IMG/VR virus record: IMGVR_UViG_3300028920_000001
Span: 1 to 64,000 of that record
Length of the DNA stretch: 64,000 nt
Direction: 5' to 3' (one strand)
Translations under genes and position numbers: made by a program
Shown: positions 20,601 through 29,592 of the stretch, piece after piece
How positions within the stretch are numbered: the first letter of the stretch is position 1
Layout of the letters: each line of letters begins with the position of its first letter
Notes under the pieces: generated by a model
The model's input: the letters and a program-made list of their open reading frames with translations, nothing else
Databases searched by the model: none
Told to the model about the DNA's origin: nothing

Positions 20601-21905
20601 TTTAATAGTCATCTGGTGATATTTTGTGTTCCTGATGGAATTACTGGTTCAGGTTCTTTAGCCATTGATAATATGAATATAGTTCGGAATGAATGGCATT
20701 TACCTGAACCAGACACATATATTAATCCAATTACAATTTATGGAATTGGGGACTATTTTCTACAAAATGGACCGAAGGGATTAAGTATTGATGGATTGAA
20801 AGTTACTTGTCCCAATAGTGCTGTAAGGACTGTCGGGGGTCTTGGTGTATCACAACATGAAACTTGGTTTGGAGACGATATTCAAGGATCTGGTAAAGGT
20901 GGATTAGTATCTTTAGGTTGTGGTAGAACAACTGTCAAATCTTACATGAAGATTAAAGATCTTGAGATGATAAATTTGACCAATTCTCTTGGGATTGGTG
21001 ATGTATTTATTAAATGGCAAAATAATCTAATCATTGATGGGATTGTTCTCAATTACTTATACGCTGGATCTGGTTCAAGCGCAACCAATAGAATAAGATT
21101 CAGATCACCGCTGGGAGGAACAGCTAGAATAAATAAAATTATAGTTAATGGTAATAATGTTGCGAGTGGAACAAGCGCAATAATTGGATTTGAACCATGG
21201 GCTCCTTCGAGTTCAGAGGATGATCATTCAATTATTTTTTCTAATTGTGAAATTTCAAATACAATATCATCATCAACTGGAGTGCAATTATTAATATCCC
21301 CGGGTTATACCGGTGCTCCGTCACATGTTGTTGGTTTTAGGATGACCAACTGTTCGATAAGGAATACTGGTGGAGGTGGATGCACTTGTAGTACAATTAC
21401 TCCTGGTGTCATACTTCAATCCATTTCAATAGATAATAACACGATAATAAATTGTGGTTCTGCAGGAATAGATTTTGGAGGACTTGACTATGAGTCCATT
21501 TTGATATCGAATAATATCATTAGAGATTGTACTAGCTATGGCATTATCTTTACAGATTTAAATGTAGGTGTCGTTTCTGGTAGCCCTTCTATTATTGGAA
21601 ATCATTGTTCTTATAATAATGGTTCCGTTACAGCAGTTCAAATTCGTTTTCTTTTAGGGGATGGGGCGTCTGTTATCCCTAAGGGAATAATCCAAGGAAA
21701 TAACTGTGGCGGCCTAAGCACCAGTATTGGAGACATTCAGGTTAATCAAAGAAGTGGATCCTCCAATATTGCATTATCTGGAACAGCTCTTATTGGAGCC
21801 TATACTGCTGGTATTGAGACAGGAATTGACACTCTTCCTAGAACACTTGAATATACTACTAATAATTATATGTTACAAAATCGAGCTAATTTGGTTACTC
21901 CGTAA
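17631..21905 (+). CDS. Tailspike/tail fibre with a C-terminal right-handed beta-helix (pectin-lyase-like), paralog 1
   Basis: TVGDG...GDFNG..AIQDAID...I.VK.G.Y beta-helix entry motif; repeated I.NN.I.NC units. Confidence 0.7.
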   Translation: MVRPRKAQIKNSQTRHSLFKYDVPITNHPTSPTGITSTNITAAVMNAAIVTDTPEGAQEDVPARLVSTLSEPYSVIGGEAFTIRADESFALTTVTLSNSDTTASRIANTINTAVGQTIASNYKGKLVIESFAAGSDGLLEIADSIAGTLATLGLTAGTYLGLDAGTRGVVTRSIDGKGGWVPLETPSGKDLLTDCPSIIYYSRRTTTGGSYIPYVPSGLPVHGRLTWDGSQYVLTYHTQINSFPEVITFNSDFNALNSLDNFDLDFNFLELNDKDDVSVNINFTGSHTRDEVIDIINSAVATALSFTTPVCGPATIRSTMSQPFSFYGDDVLCFEIDGGSVQTTTLTLSHVTAQNVVDKINSDITGVTASVISIGNKKLVQIISDNINGYSSSINIYDAASTGSSRNKATERLGISQGVYRGTFVAEPYGTNEIRIRGLVRGSAGYITIGGNAGTLVKLGLIAGTYTGSDELIEEEVDLPQQTSNSVNTDAEIRALIPEVMEFGEVYPAVHSVNEQFDSRVAGSSELHYNYSEFAPHRDIVEKGTRGAGRPVITNGLGLIDRSFLTLILSEFYNLIGQFVSGTKDPDYTLVEALVANTIQTPGSEGNPLPSSSNFHFEIDPDGIYSTPSFFIRFSGSSEPFEVRKDTAYPSENTWKVRIGENGEPGVLYDQYDALKFRDINTIASGDNTGGYHYLPLTGPDAHYVRLLEQEVQNTGDESIIKSINSKWTVTVGDGTKTFGDFNGDTAIQDAIDYFVANVTGVGDLTIQVKTGIYEAAVDMSSLPGSFVLTIQGSSGQATAISFNTIAIKVGVSADTFAFQKLILKDIAVSSNTSAATVIQVNNGCTLECYRCKFDTSVVFRNADAAVFENCILNYSNVAPQPRISFLYKGGASTYEDFIFRHCELSADHENPLIFVQAQNTSTASLIRRIVLQDCKVTLGGTTVNSAILDSNSGIIDLDPNGADAASNQGIRISNFDLIDCDVSFRSVSSFNSHLVIFCVPDGITGSGSLAIDNMNIVRNEWHLPEPDTYINPITIYGIGDYFLQNGPKGLSIDGLKVTCPNSAVRTVGGLGVSQHETWFGDDIQGSGKGGLVSLGCGRTTVKSYMKIKDLEMINLTNSLGIGDVFIKWQNNLIIDGIVLNYLYAGSGSSATNRIRFRSPLGGTARINKIIVNGNNVASGTSAIIGFEPWAPSSSEDDHSIIFSNCEISNTISSSTGVQLLISPGYTGAPSHVVGFRMTNCSIRNTGGGGCTCSTITPGVILQSISIDNNTIINCGSAGIDFGGLDYESILISNNIIRDCTSYGIIFTDLNVGVVSGSPSIIGNHCSYNNGSVTAVQIRFLLGDGASVIPKGIIQGNNCGGLSTSIGDIQVNQRSGSSNIALSGTALIGAYTAGIETGIDTLPRTLEYTTNNYMLQNRANLVTP

Positions 21906-21947
21906 TTTCTGGAAGTTTATTGGGGTAGATCCAGGTAGGATAAGACT

Positions 21948-24900
21948 ATGGTTCGTCCCCGTAAAGAACAAGTAAGAAGCCGTCGGACTCATTATTCTAC
22001 AATGCCGCTTGCTGTAGTTGAGGGTACGGCATCACAGAATATATCTTCAGCTTCTCTTTACACTTATACTGTTTCCGACTCTTGGGATGGGGCTGAAGAA
22101 GATATTGGTGCGACTTTACGAGGGAGTATTGCTGAACCTTTTTCAATCATTTTAGGTGATGCCCTTATTTTAACTATTGATGGAACTGCTCATATCATCA
22201 CTTTTGCAACTGGTGATACTACTATATCTAAAGTTACGAATAAAATTAATACGGTTGTTGGGGCTACCGTAGCTTTCAATGATGAAGGATACTTATTTAT
22301 TAGGAGCACGACGGTTGGATCTAGTAGTACTATTTCATATTCTGGGTCAGCAGCCGCTAAAGTCGGGTTTACATCTACGTCTTTGATCAAAAATGGAATT
22401 GATGGTCCAGCTCGAGGAATACTAGGTAGATCATCTGATCAATTTAACCGAGGTGGCATAGTACCAATTAAGACTAAAGATGGGAAGAATGTAGTTACTG
22501 ATTGTTCAGGAGTGAGAGTCATTCATGAATTGAGTACTGATGGGCAATATCAACCTCTTATTCCTGGTGGGATTCCGATCTATGGGCGACTTCAATCTCC
22601 TGTCGATGGAACTAATTTTACTATAAAATGGTATGCCAAATTACCTGAATATGCTGAAGTTATAACTTCAAATAGTGACTTTGGATTATTAGATGGAACT
22701 AACTATTTGACTATGTACGTAAGTTATATTGATACTGATGGAAATGATCAAGCTCTTCTAGTTTCCTCTTCTTTTTCGGGTGGTCCTGGATATACTCGTG
22801 ATCAAGTAATTGGAATAATCAATAATAATTATGCCACTGCTGCTTCAGTCTCTAGTAAGGCATATATTGAGTCTAATACCGCTAATCAACCCTATGCTGT
22901 TTCTGGTGAGCAGATTTATATTGAACATTCAGGTGGATCTGCCACTATAACATTTGCGCCGACAGATATAACTGCTGATTTAGTACGAGATAAAATTAAT
23001 GCAAGTCTAGCAGGTGTTGCCACCAGCTTCACTTCTGGAAATAAAAAATTACTTCAATTAAGTGATCCAAGTGGTGGATTTAATGGATACTTAATAATTA
23101 AAAATGTCAGCAACAAAGTCAATACTTTAGGTAAATTAGGGTTTAGCCCAGGTACATACTATCCACCAAAACTTGCTGAACCATATGGCGATTCGGAAAT
23201 CAAAATCCGAAGTTTTATTCGTGGATCTGCAGGGTTCCTAACTATCAGTGGTGATCCAACTTCCCTTGGTAGGTTAGGACTCACTTCAGGAACTTTCTAC
23301 GGTGATAATAATGCTGAAACGTCTGTTAATTTCCCTAGTTTAGAAGAAGTAACTAATTCTAATGATATTAATATTTTGATTCCTGAAGTATTGGAATTTG
23401 GTGACGTTCCGGCTGATACTCATTCTAAAACAAGAGAATATGCAATTAAGTCCGCTGGTTCTAATTATACTCCTCAGTATAGATATGATTTAAGTAATCG
23501 TCAATTTATGGTTCCTAACGACGGAACATTTAATAAATCCGAATTATTGAAAGATATTGGTAAGCCAGTTGTTCTTAATGGGTTCGGTTTTATTGATAGA
23601 AAATATCTTCGTGAAGCTATAGATGAATCATACTTATACTTTAAGCAATTCATTCGAGGAGATTTTGATCCGGATGATCCTCAAGTTGATGCATTAGTTG
23701 CTGGTATAATTGAAACCACTGGGACTAATGGTAATCCGCTTTCGCTTGGTACAAATCTTTATATTGATATTGACCCAACAGCTGCTTCTTCTAGTTCAGG
23801 ATTTAGAGTTAGATTTAATCGAGATGCTGTTTCTAAAAGAATTTTTGAAGTCTTTAAAGACAGTACTTTCCCAACTGAACGTGACTATGTTATTGATATA
23901 GGAGACGCTAGTGCTCCCACAGTCATACGAAATCAATATCAAGATCTAAGATTAGAAGATAATTATACTAATATTGCTGGTACCGCTACAGGTGGTATTC
24001 ATTATGTTGCATTAGCTGGTATAAGTGATACTTATCTAAAAGTAATGGAGCAAAGAGCGAATCCGGGTGGTTCGCAAGCTATATCTGATATTAATTTAAT
24101 TAAACAAATTAATGGACGATGGGTGACGACTATTGGTGATGGTACTAATAGTCGTGGTGATTTTAATGGAGCTGATGCAATCAAAGATGCAATAGATTAT
24201 TATATAGCTAATATCAATGATGATAATTTACTTCTTCAAGTTAAGGCGGGTACTTACAATACAACTGCTTCTATTGATTTTAGTCAAACTTCAGGTGCCG
24301 ATGTTAGTTTATGTGTAACAATTGAAGGGATTGAGAATGGCATAAGCATCATTTCTGGTATTACACACTTGTTTGAATTCGGTGGCACTACCAGTAGTTA
24401 TTCTGCCAGAAAATTAGTTTTAAGAAATCTCAAGATTTCTTCTACTACAGGCGGTGATCTTCTTTATTCATATGGTTCTTCTTTAGAAGCTTATAGAGTG
24501 GAATTTGTTGGAGTTAAATTTACAGCTAATGAAGGACGGGTTACGCTATTTGATAATTGTGAAATTACTGCTTACACAGCAGACGGGATTTACGAAAGCT
24601 TCATGAGATCATTAGGGGGCAGTGGAAATAATACAGAAGCTATCATATTTCGAAATTCAAAAATTTATGGTTCAAATGAACATCCAATTATTAAGATTCG
24701 TAATCATGTTTCATCAACTTCTGCTCCTATGTCTGAAGTTGAATTGATTGAATTTGATAACTGTGAAATCAGACTTGGCGGTACTTCCATTACTGCAAGT
24801 TCACTTGATGCTAATTCTGGAATTTTAGAAGTGGATCCAAATTCAGTAAATGGAGCATCTACCTTAGGTACTAGAATTTCAAATGTTAGAATAATTGACT

Positions 24901-26342
24901 GCAATGTGTCTATATATACAGGTGGCTATAGTCCCAGCGGCTCGCTTGGGATGCTGTTTATGTTTCATATTCCATCTGGTCGCACTGGAACAGCAGGTTC
25001 CCATTATCTGCCTGTTGATAGTATGCTGATCAAAGGAGGCAGATGGATAATCCCTGACGCAGATAATGCTATTAATCCACTTACTATTTTTGGAATCGGA
25101 GATACAGTTTCTACGCAAATCTCAAATAAACCAGGATTAGTGATAGATAGTGTTACCATGGGGTGGGAGCCATCTACTTCGACATCACGAGATAGTGTTG
25201 GTGATGTAGTAACTCAACAATATCCTTGGTTTGGAGCCACACCGAATATTTATCAAGCTATATGGGGCGCTTTTGCAATTGGGTCTAATAATAATATCAA
25301 AATCAAAGATTGGACCTTAATTAGTTTGCTTGATTCACAAGAATGTGGAGATGTTTTCATATACTGGAGATATAAATTACTTATCGATGGTATCCATCTT
25401 CAGTATCAAGATGGAGCCGCTACAGCTAATTACCCGGTCCAAAGAATACGACTGAGATCTCCTCAAGCAGGAACTACAGAAATTAATAGAATAGTAGTAG
25501 ACGGTGGTGGTTATGCTAGAGCAACCACTGCAATTGTTCTTTTAGAACCCTATAGTACTGGTGATGTTGCAGCTAATGCTAGTTCTGTAAATTTTAGAAA
25601 TTGTCAGATTTGTAATACTCTTGATGGAACTGGTATTTATTTATTACAGTCAAGTGGAACTAATAATTTATATACTGATTCTGGTGGTGATGGAACCGGA
25701 TCTCAACAAGATTTTGAAAATTTAACTGTTGAGAATTGTGTATTTAAGAGTTTAACAAGTGGATATGGAATTTATTTTTCAACAATCTATGATGATCAAT
25801 ATCTTAGAAATTGTGTGTTTAACGGAAATAGGATGATATCTTGTGAAGATGGTGGAATCTATATAGAAGGTCACCAATTCCCTCAACTTCAAATCATCAA
25901 CAATTATATTAATAGATGTGGACTAACTGCGGTAAGAGCTGGGATTTACATACAAGATAACTTAGATGCCGGGGCTTCAAATTGGTTCATGGTTTCTAAT
26001 AATACAGTATTTGATAATAAGAATGTTGGTGCAGCATCGGATCAAATCCACGTTTATCTTACTCAAGCTACACCTGGAGCGGGAAAATTCCCAAAGGGCA
26101 TTATAATGGGCAATACATGTCAGGGCTTAAGTTTAGTTGGTTATATTAGAATTAATAGAAGAGACGTGGCGGGTGCTTCAGTTGCTTTAGATGCAGCCGG
26201 CGGATCTCCAATAGCTAGTGGTACATATACATTTGGTATATATACTGGTGTTGATAATAACACCGCCAACAGCCCTCTTTATTATCAATATGCAACTATG
26301 GCTCAAATGGATATGAATGTAGCGTATCTAGCAAGTCCATAA
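21948..26342 (+). CDS. Tailspike/tail fibre with beta-helix, paralog 2
   Basis: Same MVRPRK start and colinear blocks with 17631-21905 (LIPEV.EFG, TIGDG..GDFNG..AI.DAIDY). Confidence 0.7.
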   Translation: MVRPRKEQVRSRRTHYSTMPLAVVEGTASQNISSASLYTYTVSDSWDGAEEDIGATLRGSIAEPFSIILGDALILTIDGTAHIITFATGDTTISKVTNKINTVVGATVAFNDEGYLFIRSTTVGSSSTISYSGSAAAKVGFTSTSLIKNGIDGPARGILGRSSDQFNRGGIVPIKTKDGKNVVTDCSGVRVIHELSTDGQYQPLIPGGIPIYGRLQSPVDGTNFTIKWYAKLPEYAEVITSNSDFGLLDGTNYLTMYVSYIDTDGNDQALLVSSSFSGGPGYTRDQVIGIINNNYATAASVSSKAYIESNTANQPYAVSGEQIYIEHSGGSATITFAPTDITADLVRDKINASLAGVATSFTSGNKKLLQLSDPSGGFNGYLIIKNVSNKVNTLGKLGFSPGTYYPPKLAEPYGDSEIKIRSFIRGSAGFLTISGDPTSLGRLGLTSGTFYGDNNAETSVNFPSLEEVTNSNDINILIPEVLEFGDVPADTHSKTREYAIKSAGSNYTPQYRYDLSNRQFMVPNDGTFNKSELLKDIGKPVVLNGFGFIDRKYLREAIDESYLYFKQFIRGDFDPDDPQVDALVAGIIETTGTNGNPLSLGTNLYIDIDPTAASSSSGFRVRFNRDAVSKRIFEVFKDSTFPTERDYVIDIGDASAPTVIRNQYQDLRLEDNYTNIAGTATGGIHYVALAGISDTYLKVMEQRANPGGSQAISDINLIKQINGRWVTTIGDGTNSRGDFNGADAIKDAIDYYIANINDDNLLLQVKAGTYNTTASIDFSQTSGADVSLCVTIEGIENGISIISGITHLFEFGGTTSSYSARKLVLRNLKISSTTGGDLLYSYGSSLEAYRVEFVGVKFTANEGRVTLFDNCEITAYTADGIYESFMRSLGGSGNNTEAIIFRNSKIYGSNEHPIIKIRNHVSSTSAPMSEVELIEFDNCEIRLGGTSITASSLDANSGILEVDPNSVNGASTLGTRISNVRIIDCNVSIYTGGYSPSGSLGMLFMFHIPSGRTGTAGSHYLPVDSMLIKGGRWIIPDADNAINPLTIFGIGDTVSTQISNKPGLVIDSVTMGWEPSTSTSRDSVGDVVTQQYPWFGATPNIYQAIWGAFAIGSNNNIKIKDWTLISLLDSQECGDVFIYWRYKLLIDGIHLQYQDGAATANYPVQRIRLRSPQAGTTEINRIVVDGGGYARATTAIVLLEPYSTGDVAANASSVNFRNCQICNTLDGTGIYLLQSSGTNNLYTDSGGDGTGSQQDFENLTVENCVFKSLTSGYGIYFSTIYDDQYLRNCVFNGNRMISCEDGGIYIEGHQFPQLQIINNYINRCGLTAVRAGIYIQDNLDAGASNWFMVSNNTVFDNKNVGAASDQIHVYLTQATPGAGKFPKGIIMGNTCQGLSLVGYIRINRRDVAGASVALDAAGGSPIASGTYTFGIYTGVDNNTANSPLYYQYATMAQMDMNVAYLASP

Positions 26343-26360
26343 AGTTCGTAAAGTAAAATA

Positions 26361-26864
26361 ATGAAATTTCTAAAATTCATCTGGAAATATATCAAAGCGG
26401 TTGGTAAAACAATCGGGAAATGGATGCTTCGGTATCCATTAGCGGCGGCAGCGGCTGTTTTTCTTATTGTTTTTGCGTTGTTTGTAGCCCTCTCCGGTAA
26501 TCAGCTTCAAATGGGCGGGCTGATTGGAAAACTTTTTGGAAAGAAGAAACAGCCTAATACTCGAGATGTTCCGCCTGAAAAACGGACTGACGAAAATGGA
26601 AAACCAATTACGCCTGGTGAATCTGATGACAAAGGATTTGTTCAAACATCTACTAATTTAGAAATTGTAGAACCAACCATTTTCTCTGATCCTGATACGA
26701 TTATAGTGAAACATCCTGAAAAAGGGAAAATTAAAATCGATTTACCCCAAGGAGTAAAAAATAAAGATGTGAAAGAAGTAGTGTTAGTTAAGCCTAATGT
26801 GATAGAAATTAAGAATAATGATAAAGGTGTGGACACTAAGAAAATCCTGGAGTTCTTACAATGA
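26361..26864 (+). CDS. Membrane-anchored protein (possible inner-membrane lysis/spanin-like component)
   Basis: Basic N-terminus, one hydrophobic helix (PLAAAAAVFLIVFALFVAL), then a soluble domain; follows the tail genes. Confidence 0.45.
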   Translation: MKFLKFIWKYIKAVGKTIGKWMLRYPLAAAAAVFLIVFALFVALSGNQLQMGGLIGKLFGKKKQPNTRDVPPEKRTDENGKPITPGESDDKGFVQTSTNLEIVEPTIFSDPDTIIVKHPEKGKIKIDLPQGVKNKDVKEVVLVKPNVIEIKNNDKGVDTKKILEFLQ

Positions 26865-27442
26865 TTCCTTTAATTTTAGCTCAAATGTGTGAATGCCCGC
26901 CAGATGGTGTGTGCTTAAATAAAGAACAAAAAGAACAAGTTACCGCTGCAGTGAAAGAGTTTGATGACATCAAGAGCTCCAAAGCAGAAATTGAAGTTGT
27001 AGAACCTATTGTTATTATTCGTGATTGGGAAAATCGAATTTATATTAATGGTGGTGAGAAAAAACCGATCAAACTCAAATTAAAAATTGGTAAAACAATT
27101 GATCGGGATATGGAGATGACTTTGCCGATCGAGGTCGGGTATCGGGAAGAGCCGCCGGACCCGATGTTTAGATTACGAATTCGAGCTCAGGCCGGGTTTT
27201 TAATACCTGAAGTTATTCAGACTATTCAAGGACAACATGAAAATTTCTGGGATGCATCTATTGGTTTTGATTTCTTCCATTTAAGCTGGTTTAATTTCTC
27301 TATTTATGCTGGAGTTAGAAGTGTTGGGGTTGGACCGGGGATCGATGTGACTAAGAATTTCGGATTATATTCATCATTTGCATTTGTATACGAAACTATT
27401 CGAATTTCGAATAGTACAGGTGTTTATTTTAGTTTTAATTAA
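26861..27442 (+). CDS. Protein with C-terminal amphipathic beta-strands (possible outer-membrane component)
   Basis: ATGA overlap; alternating aromatic/hydrophobic strands ending GVYFSFN. Confidence 0.45.
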   Translation: MIPLILAQMCECPPDGVCLNKEQKEQVTAAVKEFDDIKSSKAEIEVVEPIVIIRDWENRIYINGGEKKPIKLKLKIGKTIDRDMEMTLPIEVGYREEPPDPMFRLRIRAQAGFLIPEVIQTIQGQHENFWDASIGFDFFHLSWFNFSIYAGVRSVGVGPGIDVTKNFGLYSSFAFVYETIRISNSTGVYFSFN

Positions 27443-28412
27443 TTTTATATTCCATTCCAGTTCCATCTATGTATGGTTTAATTAAATTAATGAATTTTTT
27501 CCCTTCTGTTGAGGAAAACATGAGATAATAATATTTCTTTTTGTTTTTAACGCGATTTTTAACTCTAGGACAACATCCGAATTTGCACAACACAGACTGT
27601 AATAACTTATTTTCATTTAATGAAAAGCCTTCGGTATGAAGGGTTATTCTCTGACGCCCATTTTTTAATTTAGGATTGGATCCATCATCCATAAACCAAT
27701 ATGCTAATGCAATTTCATTTAATTGATTAATCCAGTTCAAATTTACTTGTTTTTTTCCATTTATTTTACATAATTTTGCAATTTGTGGTAATTCTCTAGC
27801 ATTCCATAGTCTGTTCACATAAAATTCAGATTGTGGATTAAAACATGACTTACTTTGTTCAATTGAGAAATTAGCATTTAGCAAATCTCTAATATGTTCA
27901 GAGTATAGAGAATGGATTTTACCTTGTGTATGCTTATAAAAATAAGACCTCCTGTGCTTGATTTTAATAAGTGATGCGTCTCCTAACAAAGTTCCTAATA
28001 TCGCTTGCTTTTGGAAATTGGTTATTTTAGGTGCATTTCTTTGATATTTTAAAGATATTGAGTCATACTGATTTCTTGTTTTTCCTTTCAAAATCTTTCT
28101 TATTTTATACCTAGTTAATCTGGTTTCATCCCAAATTTCTTTTATAGTAAACCCAGATGTATATAAATTTTCAACTAACTCTTTTTCACTAGATAATATG
28201 TTTATACGGGGCCTGATATTTCTGCATTGCACTCCTTTGTTTTTTAAAATTACTGATATTCTACTTTTAGAAATATTGTATTTCTGTGTTAATTCAATTA
28301 TTGTGTTTCCGTGATTGTAATCCTTAACTATTGAGATATCTCTGTCCATATATAAATTATTGATAAATAATTTATTGGTATAGGATGAGATTTTTTCCAC
28401 TTGTAAATTCAT
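27435..28412 (-). mobile_element. LAGLIDADG homing endonuclease with N-terminal HTH repeats
   Basis: ILGTLLGDASL and LAYWFMDDGS motifs, plus LHTEGF; very AT-rich; true start may be MDRDIS at about 28349. Confidence 0.85.
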
Positions 28413-28462
28413 CCGCTAGCCCCGTACAGGTTCATATGACGAACCTAAAACAGGAGCTGAAG

Positions 28463-29542
28463 ATGACTCGAGCCGCTTTCTTGGCTTTTTCCCTGATTTT
28501 GGCAGGCTGCGGGAGTAGCCACAGTACTAGATCTATTACTTTAGGGGATGCAGGTTCACAAGAAATTGCTGGTTCCAGTGGAGAGAATTCTGGTGACGGA
28601 TCTGGTGGGAATGAAGCTGGATCTGGATCCGGAGCCACTCCGGGATATTCTGGCGCTGATAATAGTAGCGGTGGTTCTGGCGCTCTTGACACGGGCGGTA
28701 GTGGGGGAACTCCCGAAACTGGTGGATCAGCCGCAGTGGAAAATCAAGCCGGACGGGCCGGTTCTCCCGTGGTGAATACTGGTGGTTCTGGAACCGGTGG
28801 TGAATTGGTGACTGGTGGTACTGGGACTGGAGGGGATGAGACTGGTGGTATGGCCGGTTTTGGAACCGGAGGTACTGGAACCGGAGGAGATGCCACAGGT
28901 GGAGATCCTGGAACCGGCGGTGACCTCGGAACAGGTGGAGATCCTGGGATGGGTGGAATTGTGGGAACCGGCGGAGGATGCGTTCCACTAGAGTGTCCCG
29001 CCTTAGACAAGGATCCCTGTTTCTACACCACTATCGATGATGGATGTGGGAATCCGATCCAATGCCCCACTGCTTGCTCTGACATGAACTATTGCAACTT
29101 TGGGGTATGCACAGCGTGCACTTCTCAGCAAACTGATGAAGAAGTCTGTGCCACCATGACAGATACTCAATGCGGATATGTTCATCGTCCGTATGTGTCT
29201 GACGAGTGTAACGCCCCGGTGGATTGTGTTACCAATTTCGATTATGCAACTTGTTATCCTTGGTACGCTCAGTGCGAACAGAATTGTAGTGGTATCGAGT
29301 CTTGTGATGTGGCTGTTGGTCAGACTGTGGGGCAATGTACAGGTTGCAGATTGGCAAATCCAGTAGCCGGAGCTTCTCCTTGTCAGAATAGTTTTCATCC
29401 TGAATCTGGGAATCAGCTATTTTACCGATATGATTGTGATCCTATTGATGGTGGCTATGATGGAACTAGTCCGTTGCCTGAAGATCAATGCCTATGGATT
29501 AACGGACCATCTTGGTGTTGCGAAACCGATGATCTAGGCTAG
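28463..29542 (+). CDS. Myxobacterial-type lipoprotein with a Gly/Thr-rich linker and Cys-rich domain
   Basis: AGGAG SD then MTRAAFLAFSLILAG|C lipobox; GGTGTGG repeats; more than 20 Cys; GC content higher than the flanks. Confidence 0.75.
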   Translation: MTRAAFLAFSLILAGCGSSHSTRSITLGDAGSQEIAGSSGENSGDGSGGNEAGSGSGATPGYSGADNSSGGSGALDTGGSGGTPETGGSAAVENQAGRAGSPVVNTGGSGTGGELVTGGTGTGGDETGGMAGFGTGGTGTGGDATGGDPGTGGDLGTGGDPGMGGIVGTGGGCVPLECPALDKDPCFYTTIDDGCGNPIQCPTACSDMNYCNFGVCTACTSQQTDEEVCATMTDTQCGYVHRPYVSDECNAPVDCVTNFDYATCYPWYAQCEQNCSGIESCDVAVGQTVGQCTGCRLANPVAGASPCQNSFHPESGNQLFYRYDCDPIDGGYDGTSPLPEDQCLWINGPSWCCETDDLG

Positions 29543-29592
29543 GTCGTTTACTCCAAATAAATTGATTGTAAAATAAGGACGTTGGAGGCTGA

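Noticed and set aside
17631-26342. Diversity-generating retroelement acting on the tailspikes
   Set aside because: No reverse transcriptase and no near-identical TR/VR pair differing at adenines were seen.
28432-29398. Several antisense ORFs over the lipoprotein gene
   Set aside because: Shadow ORFs produced by Gly-rich, GC-richer codons; the + strand ORF has an SD and a lipobox.
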